A program made the translations under genes and the position numbers. The notes under the pieces are model-generated. The model was not told where the DNA came from, did no database searches, and was given only the letters and a program-made list of their open reading frames with translations. Positions 24,768 to 37,605 of a stretch of DNA of 64,000 bases are shown in pieces (the stretch's first letter is position 1; each line of letters starts with the position of its first letter). The stretch lies in the NCBI RefSeq assembly GCF_024521635.1, contig NW_026250419.1:558001-622000 (forward strand). Direction: 5' to 3'. The stretch is from Tricharina praecox. Its lineage: Eukaryota.

Positions 24768-25548
24768 TACTGTATACTTAGTGAAGGGGGGGGGATAAGA
24801 TATTTGGCAGCAGTACAATGCGTAACCAGCACTGGTGCATATTCTCAACAGACTACATACTATGTAGGTACTCCAACACTACGTATCGATACAGGTCACA
24901 GCGTGTTTTTACTGCTTTGACACATATTTCCACGAATAAGCCGTGCTACAACCTGCGGCGAACTCCCACAACGTATTAGGGATACGTATCCAATACTGTA
25001 TAGTCAAGGGGGGAGGGTAAAAAAACATTGTTTCCAGCTGGACGCATATTGCTATTGTATCAGGGCACAGAAAAACACGTATTTTGATCGTACTGATACG
25101 ACATCCCTAGCATTTTTTTATAAACCCCCATTTGACTATACGGTACGTATCGAGATTCAATATGCGTGGCAACATACTAACTACCACATTCTTATACTTA
25201 TACGTTGCGGGGAAAGGAGTGACTGTATCCTGGATACACGGACGTATCGATATGGTATATACCGGATACGTTGTTTTTTGATCCGCGTAGCGATATCGTT
25301 GTGCTTAATTGCATTTGTATTACAACGTATATCTTTCAACAATACGTTGAGCTTTCTTTGGCGATACTATTTCTCCGTGATGTATATAGTACACCTGCAA
25401 TACATAGCCAAAGTTCTACGTATCAGATTATCTCTGTCATAGCGCCTGCAGAAGTACCTAGCGGTACCATATTCTAGCCCGACACGCAGTAATTCGGGAT
25501 ATTGTAGTGCTGCATACCACGTTTTTTACCCCCCTTCACTATACAGTA
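24768..25548. mobile_element. MITE-like non-autonomous element (outer), TA-flanked
   Basis: Left end TACTGTATACTTAGTGAAGGGGGGGGGATAAGATATTTGGCAGCAGTACAAT; right end reverse complement TACTGTATAGTGAAGGGGGGTAAAAAACGTGGTATGCAGCACTACAAT; AT-rich interior with no convincing ORF. Confidence 0.7.
24994..25145. mobile_element. Short MITE-like element nested in the outer element
   Basis: TIRs TACTGTATAGTCAAGGGGGG (24994) and TTGACTATACGGTA (25132-25145; reverse complement TACCGTATAGTCAA); interior is homologous to ~63261-63360. Confidence 0.7.
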
Positions 25549-27810
25549 AGTACCCCGGTGTAGTCGAGGGTTTCCCCAACCACACCGTTTCCGGCGGGGC
25601 AGTGTCGTCGTTTCTTGCTCCCGAGGAACGAACCCCTCTGACCAGGTGAGCAGCAGCAGAAAATACGGTAACTACGGGTAGCAGTGTTGCCGGACAACCA
25701 CTGCAGTCTCCAGTGACCAGTTCGCAGGAAGTGCCATCGCCGCACACCTGACGACCATTGACAGGCGCCGTCGGATTCGGGACTCAGGACTCGGCAGCCG
25801 GCATCCGGCGTCCGGTCAGAGTGATATCGCATGACGCTGGCGATCTCTTCTGGAAGAAAGCTGTTACAAAACCCTGTCGGAAACGTGGAAATGGGGGACT
25901 CAGAGTGCATGGATGCTGCTAGACATGCGAGATATGTAGGTTCGATAACGCACCTGAATGTACTAGAGTACCTAGTAGGTGCTGGGCGTGGTGAATAGTG
26001 ATCGAGCGCCGCGCTGGCGGCTGTGGCTCGGAGAAGGGCGGAGGACGGACAATATTGCTGCCATCTTTGTGGGCCAACTTCCAAGAGCACGGTAATCGAG
26101 TCACCGCTTTGCATAGTCGGAGTATGTACGCCACTCGACTCGATACTTCAGTGCCCAGTCTCCATCATCATAGGCATCATCTTCCGAGTCCCGAGTCCCA
26201 ATCCCGTCGCCTTCCGGGAGCACTGTGCAGGTCTCACCGAAACCCTACAGAAACCCGACGTCGTCGGTCCTCTAGCTGTAGAGAAGTCCAGCCCGCTGAG
26301 CGCCTACAAACCAACCAAACAACTACTCCAATCGCGAAATAGATATATGTGCCGAGTTCTCCGTAGATATGCCATCTGCCCGGGTGGCTGAAAACCTTAA
26401 ACTTACGCCATAGGAATACCCAGGCCCATCATCTCAGATTCTCCACACGCTCATCTTCCATCCAAACACCCTAGGTATGTAGAGTACATATCTCACTCCT
26501 TCCATCCATTCCAGAACACCTTCCTGACGATCCCCGCCGAGGCAATGATCGATTATGATCCCCTAGTATCCGGGTCCGGACGAGTGGCATCACAACCACA
26601 ACCGCCAGCAGAGGCTGGGTATATCTGATCATCAGACACACCAATCTTCCGACAGCACCATTTACTCCAGTAGTTGCCTAGCCACTCGCGCCCATCCTTC
26701 CCGCCGCCGCCGCTGCTGCTGCATCGCCGGCCGACGTCCATCCTACCAGCCCACCATCACCGCCATCCCACCGCTTATGGTAAGTGTATCCGTCTTGTAG
26801 GCACTAACTTCCCAACTTCCCACTCTAAACCTTCCCCCCCGCCACCCCCAGCACCCCCGGCGTCCGCGCCTCCGAAAGCCACGCTCGCAAAAACCTAACT
26901 TTCCTACTTCGACTCTATATCGACATCCGAGACGGATAATCCGGTAGCGGGTCTTGGAGTTACAGAACCGGTGCTAAAAGCTACAAAACAGTGCTAAAGG
27001 AGGAAAGAAGTTCCGCTGCCCCAACAAGCAACGGGGTGTCTCACTGTTGCCTCCCACCGTCTCACCGTCGCACATTTCTCTCGTCTCGTGCTGCCAAGGC
27101 ACGGGCACGGCACGGCAGAGACTGGAGCAGCGCCGCAGCAGCGGAGCAGCGGACCAACGGTTAACCCGGGCTCTTTTTTCCGGGGGAATTTAGTTTTCCC
27201 AAAGGGGGAGCGTTGCGCGGTCACGGGTAACTATCACAATCTTATGCATACGGGCTTGGATACTCTAGATGGGTGGCTGGTACTCTGCATACCGGGTGAG
27301 AGGAAATGAGCGGGAATTTTGTTCCTATTCCTTCCGGCGCTGGATCCCTGATGCTCTTGAAGAGGGAGGCGAGGTTTAACTTTCAACTCTTATTCCTTCT
27401 GGCTTTGATGCAAGGGAGCAGCGGCGAGTGTCGTTTCAAGAGTTGAGTGAGTGAGAGAGATGGATGAGGAAAAAACATTCGTTTTCTTGTTACAACATTC
27501 CTAACTAAAATTAAAATCCGAACCACCAGCCACCCAGACATTACAAGAAAGAGAAAGAAAAAAACAGAGAGAAAAACGTGAAGCCATCATGATATCCCGC
27601 CGCCCCGCCCAGCCCATCCCAACATAGCAAACATGAATCATCATATCAAACGTAACCGCAGCAGCACCACAACCTCCCATGGCAACACACACACAAGGAA
27701 AAAAAACAGTGGTAAAATCGGTATATACAACCCCAGAAGTGAAAACGCGCAGTGGTATAGTGGTGTAGTGACGTAACTACGGCCAAACGATTAAGTCATG
27801 CATCCCCTTC

Positions 27811-29480
27811 TTACAACTTCTCGTCGGCGATGCTGCTGTGGCTGGCGCGCTTGCGGCTGACGTCCTCGTCGCTGGACAGGCCGGAGGCCATGGGCGCCTC
27901 GAGGTCGGGGACGGGGTTGGAACCCTTGTCGGTGAGCTTCCAGGCGTGGGTGGTCTCGTGGAAAAGGGTGTCCAGCTCCTCGAGCGTCTTGCCGGCAGTC
28001 TCGGGGTACAGGAAGTAGATGATCGGGACGAAGGCGGCGTTGAAGCACATAAAGATGAGGAAGAACTTCCATCCGAGGTTCTCGGCACCGAGAGGAGTGA
28101 TCTTGACGACGACGACTAAGGAGATGTTAGTGTGAGGCTCACAGAAAGAACAGCGGGGGGGATCTTACAGTTCCAGAGCCAGTTAGCAGAGGTAGCAAGA
28201 GCAGTTCCCTGGTTGCGGAAACGGAGCTCGTTGATTTCGGTGGGGTACAACCAGGGAGTAGCGACCCAGGCGAAACCGGAGTAGGTGGCGATGTAGACCA
28301 TGACAAAGACGACTCCGGCAGTACCGGCGGCCTTGTTGTTATCCTCGACTGAGAGCTTGACACAGACAGCGATGACGGCCATGGCAATAGCCTGTCCAGC
28401 GGCACCGAGCATCAAAGGCTTGCGACGTCCCCAGTTGTCGATGAAGAGAATAGGGATAAAGGTGAAGACGAAGAAAGTGAGACCAGTGCATCCACCGACG
28501 ATCAGAGACAGCTCACGGTCGAGGGAGAGAACGTTCTCGAGGAGGTAGGCGGAGTAGAAGATAACGGCGTTGATACCAGTCAGCTGCTGCATCATCTGAA
28601 TGCAGTAACCCAATGCCAGACGGCGGAAGGTCTGCTGCTTTCCACCCTTGAAGTAATCCCTCCAGACGACAACACCGTTGTTGTTGGCCATGTTCGCGGC
28701 CAGAGCAGACTCGATTGCACGGTACTGCGACTGGACCTCGGTGGAGTGCTTGTCCTCACCCTCGAGAGCGGCAAGGACCTCGAGGGCCTCTTCCTTCTGG
28801 TCGTTGGCCATCAGGTAACGGGGAGACTCAGGAAGACCGAAGAGCATGACGGCGGTGATGGCACCGAAGACGACCTGGAGGAGAATGGGAGTGCGCCACT
28901 GGAGGGTCGCGTCCTCAGAGAACGAGGTACCGTAGGTGATCCAGTACGAGATGGTGATACCGATGGTGATGAACCATCCCTCGATGGAAATCATACGTCC
29001 ACGGGAGCGGGCTTTGGTGGTTTCGGCCTGGTACATGGGTACAGTTGAAGTGTTGATACCGTTACCGACACCGGTGACAATACGACCGACGATCATGTGT
29101 GCGACACCGAAAGCAGAGGCCTGGAGAGCAGTACCGACGAGCATGATAGCCAAACCGAGCCAGATAGCCTTCTTGCGACCGAGACGGTCACCGATGTAGA
29201 ATGTGAGAATAGCGCCGAGAAAACATCCGATTTCGTAGATAGCAGTGATTGTTCCAATTGTAGTAGTGTCCGGGTTGTTGAATGAATCTTAATGAGAATG
29301 TCAGTCTTGAGATCACTACGAGCGCGAGGGAGAATGGCGCGTACCCTTGAATGCAGAGCCTCCGATGAGACCGGCGAAAACTCCCTGATCGTATCCGAAC
29401 AACAAGAATGCGGAAGACGAGGCGACCGACACCATGATTCGCAGGGCGGCACCCCGCGCATTTCCCCAAGTCCGTACCAT
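27811..29480 (-). CDS. MFS sugar porter family transporter (candidate levoglucosan/anhydrosugar permease)
   Basis: Exons 29480-29345, 29287-28169, 28115-27811; motifs LLFGYDQG, DRLGRKK, GRIVTGVGNG, PMYQAE…RGR, PESPRYL, QQLTGINAVIFYS, DNWGRR, WLYPTE, PETAGKTLEE. Confidence 0.95.
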
Positions 29481-31065
29481 TGTTGTGAGAGTAGCGAGAG
29501 ACTGTTCTTGTCGACTGTTCGTGCTATGTGATGGAAACCGAGCAGTGGCCGCGAACACTGGATGTGGATGGTGATGATGAGAAGCCCAGGGTTGGAGGAC
29601 TCACGAACTTCTTATATCCAGAGGAGGTGAAATCCCTTTGCCCGGGTAGCTGCGATGGAATTGGCGAAGGATTCAAGTCTTCGCTGCATGAATATTCGGT
29701 TCCCCATAGTTAGTGTGGCGCGGCCTGGTCTGGCTGGTTTGGCTGGTCCTGGTTGTGGGGACGGTCATTGTGGGGACTAGCTAGCGGCGAGAACCCATTT
29801 CCCTCCCCACCGCTTGCCTCCACACGAAACCAACCAAGAGTGGGTGCGGGGCGCTTGTCTGGGGTAATCGCTAAACCCGTAAGAGCTCAAGCGGATTACG
29901 GGGAGTCCTTCGGGATTTCCGATGTGTCCGTCAAACTGAAACCGTGCGCCCGATCCGGCAACCAGACTTCTACCACAGCTGCGAACGGTACGACCGTCCT
30001 GATGATAGCGTAACGGCCAGCTGGTAGAGTGCTGAAGGGCACGAAGAAGCAAAATCCATGCTTCCGAACGTACCCCGAATGATCGCGTGAGTACGGTAGA
30101 GTTGGGACGATGTCGGTTTTCTGCACGCTATGCACGAGGGGTTTGCCGTGAGAGCGCGAGCCTGACCTGACCAACCGCTAAGGGTATGTGCCAGACCGTT
30201 GGAGCGTTGGAGATCACATGGCAGCTGCAAGCTATGCCTTGACGGCCCTTCACCATGGGTCGACCAGACGCTCCTTTGTGGGCTGCATGGCGCGGAAGAA
30301 TGGATGATCCGCCGTGCGAGGGCATCGCGAGTCGCGATTTTCGACGCGGTCGTTGTCGCGGTCAAACTTCAACATCGTCAACCTCATCGACGGAGAACAG
30401 CTTTGCGGGGTCTTCAGGCATAGTAGCGCCATACCCAGAAAAAGCACTTACCAAGTTCCATGGCAGCGCGCTCCAGATTCCCAATCATCCCGCCTTCCCC
30501 GCCCGTCCGTGGGCCGTCTCCACAGTGATCCGAGTGTTTGTCGACTCTTGGTGTTTGTCGCGTGTCTGTCCAATGAGAGCAGGCATCCCGATCGGAATCA
30601 CGAGATTCATCATGTGCGGCTGGTGGTTTTCTGGAAAAAACATCTAGGCCTGTCGGGTTGAGCCTCGATCGCTGGTCGGGGAGATGGTCGGCTTTTCCGA
30701 TGCGCCCCTGGTGCCGTGGCAACCCCAACCCCACACTTCTCGCGTGGCCATTAACCACTGCGTAGCGCGACTGCAGGGAATTTTTCCGCCCGGGGAGTAA
30801 TACGGAGAAAGATCGCCATCTCATAATCGTCATCAGAATCTTTCTTATCGCCGGGGAAATCAGCGGCGTTCAGACGGCCGTGAAGAGCGGGGCAGCGGCG
30901 AGAGAGTGGAGCCTCCAAGAGCTGGGGTGCTGAGCTCCGCAGCTCGCCATATTAATAGGGAGGCTTCTCGTTCGTCCTCCTCCTCCTGCTCCACAAAGCT
31001 GTACGATATCGTGAACTGTGCAGACTCTTACTACCTATTCTACCTCCATTACCCACTTCACAAAC
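29481..31065. promoter_or_regulatory. Bidirectional promoter between sugar porter and levoglucosan kinase
   Basis: Head-to-head genes; TATA-like boxes at ~29612-29617 (minus strand) and ~30950-30957 (plus strand); CGG-N5-CCG elements at 29911-29921 and 30689-30699; SYGGRG clusters at 29755-29864 and 30887-30940. Confidence 0.65.
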
Positions 31066-32470
31066 ATGTCTACCACCAACGGAACCACTCCCAGCGGAGG
31101 CCTTTCCCTTCGCGTGCTCGGATTGAACTCCGGCACCTCCATGGACGCCGTCGACTGTGTCCTCTGCCACTTCACTCAGAAATCCCCCTCCGAGCCCCTC
31201 CACCTCAAGATCCTCAAGTTCGACGACATTGAGCTTCCCCAGAGCATCAAGAAGCCGGTCTTCAACATCATCCGCTCCAACAAGACCTCCCCCGAGGAGC
31301 TCTGCCAGATCAACGTCCAGCTCGGTGACGTCTTCGCCGACTCCGTCGAGGAGTTCTGCCGCCGCCACGGTTACGATCTCGAGAAGGACATCGATGTCGT
31401 CGCTTCTCACGGACAGACCATCTGGCTCCTGTCCATGCCCGCCGACGGTCAGACCCGATCCGCCCTTACCATGGCCGAGGGCTCCATCCTTGCCGCCCGC
31501 CTCGGCAAGACGGCCGTTACCGACTTCAGAATCTCCGAGCAGTCGGTCGGACGCCAGGGTGCCCCCATGATCGCCTTCTTCGACGGATTAGTCCTCCAGC
31601 ACCCCACCATTCCCCGCGCTTGCCAGAACATCGGTGGTATCGCCAACGTCTGCTTCATCCCACCCACTTCCCAGGAGAACGGCGGTATGTCCGGAATCTA
31701 CGACTTCGACACCGGCCCAGGTAACGTAAGTAAAAATGACTCCCAGCTCAAGATTGAAGCTTCTCCTCTTCAGAAACTGACGAGCTATACAGATGTACAT
31801 TGACTTCGCCATGCGTCACTACACCGAGAACAAGATGGAGTACGACAGAGACGGACACTTCGGTGCCGCCGGCACTGTCAGCCAGGAGATCGTCGACGAG
31901 TACCTCAAGACCCTCCCCTACTTCTCGCTGCCTCCTCCCAAGACCACCGGCCGCGAGCTTTTCGGCGACCAGCAAGCGTACGAGCTCATCCAGCTCTGCG
32001 AGTCGAAGGGTCTCTCCCCCCAGGACACCGTCGCTACCATCACCCGCATCACCGCGCAGGCCGCAGTCGAGGCGTACCGCAAGTACGGACCTAAGACCGC
32101 CGACGGCAAGCTCGACATCAAGGAGATCTACATGTGCGGAGGAGGAGCCTACAACCCCAACATCTGGAAGTACATGGAGGAGCAGTTCAAGCCCGACGGT
32201 GTCCGCATCACCATGCTCGACGAGGCCGGTGTTCAGGGCGGTGCCAAGGAGGCCGTCACCTTCGCGTTCCAGGGTATGGAGGCCATCCTTGGACGGCCCC
32301 TGGTTGTCCCCCAGCAGGTGGAGACCGATACCCCCGTCATTGTCGGCAAAGTCAGCCCTGGAAAGAACTACAGGGAGCTGATGAAGATGAGCGTCGGTTT
32401 CGGTGGACACGTTGAGGGAGACTATCTGCCTGCTGTGCGGGAGATGGTCCTCAACTCTGTTGCCGAGTAA
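31066..32470 (+). CDS. lgk: Levoglucosan kinase (anhydro-N-acetylmuramic acid kinase AnmK family)
   Basis: Exons 31066-31725 and 31793-32470; [40 protein letters not shown]…[70 protein letters not shown]. These match, from memory, the fungal (Lipomyces starkeyi-type) levoglucosan kinase more closely than bacterial AnmK. Confidence 0.9.
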
Positions 32471-34658
32471 ACCAGCACTCACCTCATAAAATAATGTCTT
32501 GTTTATTTCGATAGATTTTTTTGGGTTGGCCGAAACATGGGGATGATGTAAATATTGAAATGTGCGGCCAGAAGCGGAGGATATTTTCTTTTTTCTTTCT
32601 TTCTTTTCTTGGGTGTTTTGTATAGATTTGAACTGGGGGCATGATGTATGATGAAATAGAAACGACGTTCACAGTACCTTTTCAAGTTTTTTTTAGTAAA
32701 TTATGCATCGTGATGTTTCCTTTTGCGAAAATCTGTACGACTCTTTCCTCGTGGTCAATCGCGACCGCCACCTCCGTCAGCGGCGACTGTGGGGTGCAGA
32801 GAACATGAATCGTGCGACATAATCGAGACTCCAATTATCGCGGCGCGTCATGCAATGGCAGTCCACACCGGCGTCCTGAAGTATGAAGGGAAGAGCATCG
32901 ACGCGTTTGTGTGTTAAATCCGACGCTCCGAGATGCTAGATGAGTTGACTAGTCTCGAATCGTTTCCCGATGCATGCAGTAGCGGCGTTGCTGGGCCAGG
33001 TGAGTGCTTAGAGGTTAAGTATGAAATAGGGGCATGGCCCAAGACTCCAAGATGCCGAGAAGATAAACAACCTGAGCAGTGAGGTGTTTGTCGGGCGGAA
33101 GATGTCGCTCCTATGATTCGTGGGAGAGGCTGTTTGTAGAGTAGAGTACTCTAGCTGTGGATCAGTCACTTGGAAGTTGGGACTTGATCGATCACTCGGC
33201 AATTCAGTTCAGTTCAGGGGAAGTGATGCGATAGATCTACGATTCGGACGGATGGCTGATACATAGGTAGCTGATAGCTCTGATGTATAGTGAGACAGTC
33301 GAGCGTACTAGTAGATGTCAGCTGAGGAGCCACGTTGAGCGATTTCGGCCCTTCGTTTTTGCGGTCATTCACAGATTATCACTCAGGTCAGCTCATCCTA
33401 GCAAGCCATCAACAGCAATCCGAGGTGACACTAGTCGATGGGCGGCGATAGACTGGGATAAGGTACGGGCAAGGGCTCAAGAGAGAAGGAAGGCCGAATC
33501 AGGGAATGGGGAACCAGAACGGTGCTCGGAGAGGGATGAAGAACTGGATGCAATGGTGACGATAGTTAAGCGTGGAGCGGTTTCTAGGCCCGCTCGTTCT
33601 CACTTTCCTTCCTCCCTTCTTTCTTTCTGGCCTCCCTTCTATCTCTCGTTCTCTCTGTATGTAGTTTTCTAGCGGCAATCGAGAGAGGGATCGGGCGGAG
33701 GGCAGAAGGGAGCCCGCTCCGAGCTTGTGGCCAGAGTTCGGAGACAGTGGGCCGGAGTCGGACACGTAACTGTCTTGATCTGATAAGATCGAATGAAATG
33801 ATGATTAAATGGAAAGATAAAAAACAAACACGAGATGCACCGGCGTACGTTGGCGGGCCGCGGCTGGCCGTCTAGTGTGAAATATTCTTGTCCCTCGTAC
33901 CCGTCGGCACGTCGGCATTGATGAATACGGGTGCAGAGACAAAGAATGTACCCGAATACAGACCCAAAGATGCCTACATGCCCGGTTTAAATGCAGTCCT
34001 ACAAGGTTTTCATTAGCATAACACCTACATATGGATACGACCGACATCTCATATGTGCCGCGGCTCGATCGTGTGAGGGGCCCAAGTCTGCTTACTTCCG
34101 AGACATTTGTCATTCAACCCTTGGCAGTCCTCACATGCTGATACTCCGCTAGTGATACCGTATCGAGGCCTCATCGTGATCAACTATAGAAGGTTATATG
34201 TCCCGAATGTTTCGCCGAAAATGAAGCCGTATGGCGCAGGTAAACGGGATTCAAAATCGGTACTTGGTAGGGCGAACGCAATACGTCCGGACATGTCACC
34301 GAGAGTCGCTGCTGTCGTGGCTTTTTTTTTTTCACTCGCCCCGTTACGCTAGTCACACAGCACCGGAGCCGCACCTTAAGTGAACGTCTCCTTCACGCGT
34401 CCCCCGCCCTTCGCTTCCCCATCAAATCGATCCCAACCCCACAACGCAATGACGCTTAAATACTCCGCATTCCCCATACCAAGTATCTAGCAGCAAAAAG
34501 CAGACCATTGTGGCCAGCCTCCATGCATAATCCCAGCATTGACCCAGCTTGAGCCCAGACAGCCTTATGCGATCTCCACCAGTCCGCGCTCCCCCCCCTT
34601 CAGAAGTGTCGCGTTTATCGCAGCAGCCTCCTCATCGAATCAATATCCCGCGCTCGAG

Positions 34659-37148
34659 ATGACCTTGAACTACCGCCTACACCAACAGCTGCCAACAGAA
34701 AATAGTGCTCCGCCTTGCGCCCCTACCGCCAACATGACCACCCCCTCCTCGAATCCGGATGACAGCTCAAACTCCGTCGCGGGCACCGAGCGTGAGCGAG
34801 AGCCGCCACAGCACAAGTCGAGCCCGGATCACCGGGGTATAAAGCGAACAAAAACCGATGGTAGGTAACATGCCTAGTCCATTCGACCTCGCCGCCCGTA
34901 ACCCCTATCTCGTGATGGCGGTTCTCATCGAAATCAAGCACACGCCGAATCTTGCCACAGCGTCACTAAATGTGCGTGTCTCCGGCTACAGGGAAATCCA
35001 CTACAGCTCCGAGAAAGAGAGTTCCCACCGCATGCGAGAACTGTCGACTGCGGAAGACGAAATGTGATGGCGTCAAGCCGGTGTGTGGGAGTTGTGCGAG
35101 GATGGGGGTGGAGTGCGTTGGGGGCGACGAGAAGGAGTTGAGCTTGTACGTTGACCTCTCTGACGAGCTTACTTCCTCGAGTGCATAGCTGATTCGTGTC
35201 GTTGCATGTCAGGTACGAAAGGACAAGCTTGCGTATTCTCGAGGGTATCGACCGCATCGAAGGAATCCTTCGCACTCAGAACGCCCCGCCACCTAGTCCT
35301 GCCGGCACGGCCAACAACCATTGCGCTGCTATTACTACAGTGAACACTATGTCAAGTCCTGCCGCTGCTCTTAGCAACCTCTGCGCAGCAGCAGCAGCAA
35401 ATTCAATGTCTCCCCCCGGGGTATCACCTGCCATGGCGGTGTCACCCGCTCTCTCCTACCAAAGCACGGCCAGCATCGTGACTGCGATGCACGAGGCTCC
35501 GAGTCCCTTGCCAGCGATTCACACACTTTTTGACTCCAACTCGACCATGCCGGGCACAAGCAGGATCAAGACGCCATCAAAGCTTGACCGGATTCTAGCA
35601 TGGAGTGTCTTTCCCAGGACGTCGCCCTATTGCGGCCTTGTCTCCAATGGAAACTGGAGAGAGAGCCTGGGGGAGGAGATGCATCTGGGGCTGGACGAGG
35701 TGAGAGTATTACACATGCGGTATCTCGAGCGGTTTCACCCCAACTACCCCATAATAAACATCGAATCTCTCAACAAGGCAATATGCTCGACGTTGGAGGG
35801 CAAAGGATGCGGGTGGGATTCCGAGGCCTGCTTGATGCTCCTTTGCTGCGCGCTTGGAGCGGTCGCAGACGATTATTTCGAGCACTTTTATAATCGAGAG
35901 ACGACGAGAGATCCACAGAGATCGCGGCTCGAGAGGATAGCGAGGGCGGAGGGGTACTGGTGTATGGCAAAACGTAGATTGGGGATTGTCATGTTGGAGG
36001 AAACGGAGTTGGCGGGGCAATGTCTCGCTCTTGCTGGGTACGATAGCTCTCCATCGCCCACAACGTGTTTTCTAATCCATATCCACCACAGGTTTTGGTA
36101 TCTATACCAGCTAGATCCTATATCCGCCTACAAGATGTTCCACTCCGCCTGCTTGAGCTGGCAAACCCTTCACCTGGCACAGGGTCGCTCGGTCGACGTC
36201 TCACGGGTGGAGGTCGATGGAGTCAGCTCGGGAATGAGCCACCCTCAATACCTCAAACAACGCCTTTACTGGACTTGCCTCAAAGCGGAGTTTGAACTCC
36301 GCGCAGAGCTATCCCTTCCCGTGCCCACAGGAGCACAGCTAGAGTACCCCCTCCATTTCCCTAGTCCTCCAGCGTCATTTGGTCCTGCGCCAGGAGGCGC
36401 CGTCTACTTGGACACCGAACGACTATGGTATTTCTACACCGCCGAAATCTTTCTCCGCCGACTCCACAACCGTCTCGTAGACGAAGTCACCTCCTTCGAA
36501 GCCTACCTCCTTGACCCACAAATGACGCTAACCGAAAAGCGCCTCACCTCTCTCATCACCATCGTGCGAGAATACGAAGTCTACGTGTCGCAATGGCACG
36601 CCTCTCTCCCCGTCTCCATCCGCTTCCCAGACCCAGCCATATCACAACAACCACTTCCCGACGAGCGCCAACAATTCATCCGCAAACGCTTTTTGGATTG
36701 CCACGAGCTGCTCTATCGCCCCTTCCTCAACCTTACTCTCAACTACCCCGGCTGGCCAGGCTACATCGTCGCGCCACACCCAAAATCATCCCGCAATCAA
36801 CCGCGGGACCCCGTTAAACTCGAAGCCGACGTGCGCTTGTTCTCCACACTCGCACTGCAATACACATACTGGAGCATCGCGGCCGATCGCGGCGTCTGGT
36901 TCCAGCACTCCACCACCGTATGGCGTGACGTACGGAATCGCCTCGCAGATGTGTTAGTCCTCCGCGCCGCAGCAAAGGCGGGCATGGAGCTGCCAATGCA
37001 CTGGGAGGAGGTCGTGGAGGATGCTGAGGCTGTGCTGCTCTATTGGTGTACCGGCGATGGGGAGGATGAAAGCGTTCGTGACCGTAGGAGGAGGGCCGGA
37101 CTGAAGGGGTGTGCGGAGGTAGTTACGTGGGCGAGGGAGATTATGTAA
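34659..37148 (+). CDS. Zn(II)2Cys6 transcription factor
   Basis: PRKRVPTACENCRLRKTKCDGVKPVCGSCARMGVEC; introns 34861-34991, 35146-35212 and probably 36038-36091; middle-homology region with FHPNYPII, RLYWTCLKAEFEL and WYFYTAEIFLRRLHNR. The start codon is approximate. Confidence 0.9.
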
Positions 37149-37605
37149 GACGATGCCTGTATATATTCGCACTGCGATAGTGGGCGCGGGGACGCTCAGC
37201 GTACAAATGGGTTTGAAGCATTGCTTTGTTTATGGCTTCGTTGGGCCAGTGTCGCTTTGTTTGGGTTTCAATTGACAGCATGTATTAATAGTTGGATTCG
37301 TGACTAGTGAAGCTTCCTTCGATTGAGATCTTTCCCCGATTGCTTAATGCTTTTTTGCGATTGGTCTCGTGGTGACCCCAACTATCGAGGCCTATTGGCC
37401 TTCATGCCGGCATGAGCGACTCGCGGGGAACAGGGAGACCGTCCCATGCAGCTCAAAATACTTACCGGAAGGCTAGCAATATCAATTGGTTTCCGAAAAC
37501 CTTTTGTATCCATGTTCCCGCAACTCAACCTACATATCAATCCTGACTGCAGTCGATCTATCTTTCGGGATCCGAACCCGCGCGTTAGTTAGCAGGCTCG
37601 GGCTG

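Noticed and set aside
25560..26900. Possible minus-strand gene relic (acidic DSEDDAYDDGDW segment)
   Set aside because: Many stops and no recognisable family; too weak to call.
31066..32470. Bacterial anmK contamination or recent horizontal transfer
   Set aside because: It has a spliceosomal intron, fungal-type codon usage and motifs of the fungal levoglucosan kinase type; ancient transfer cannot be assessed here.
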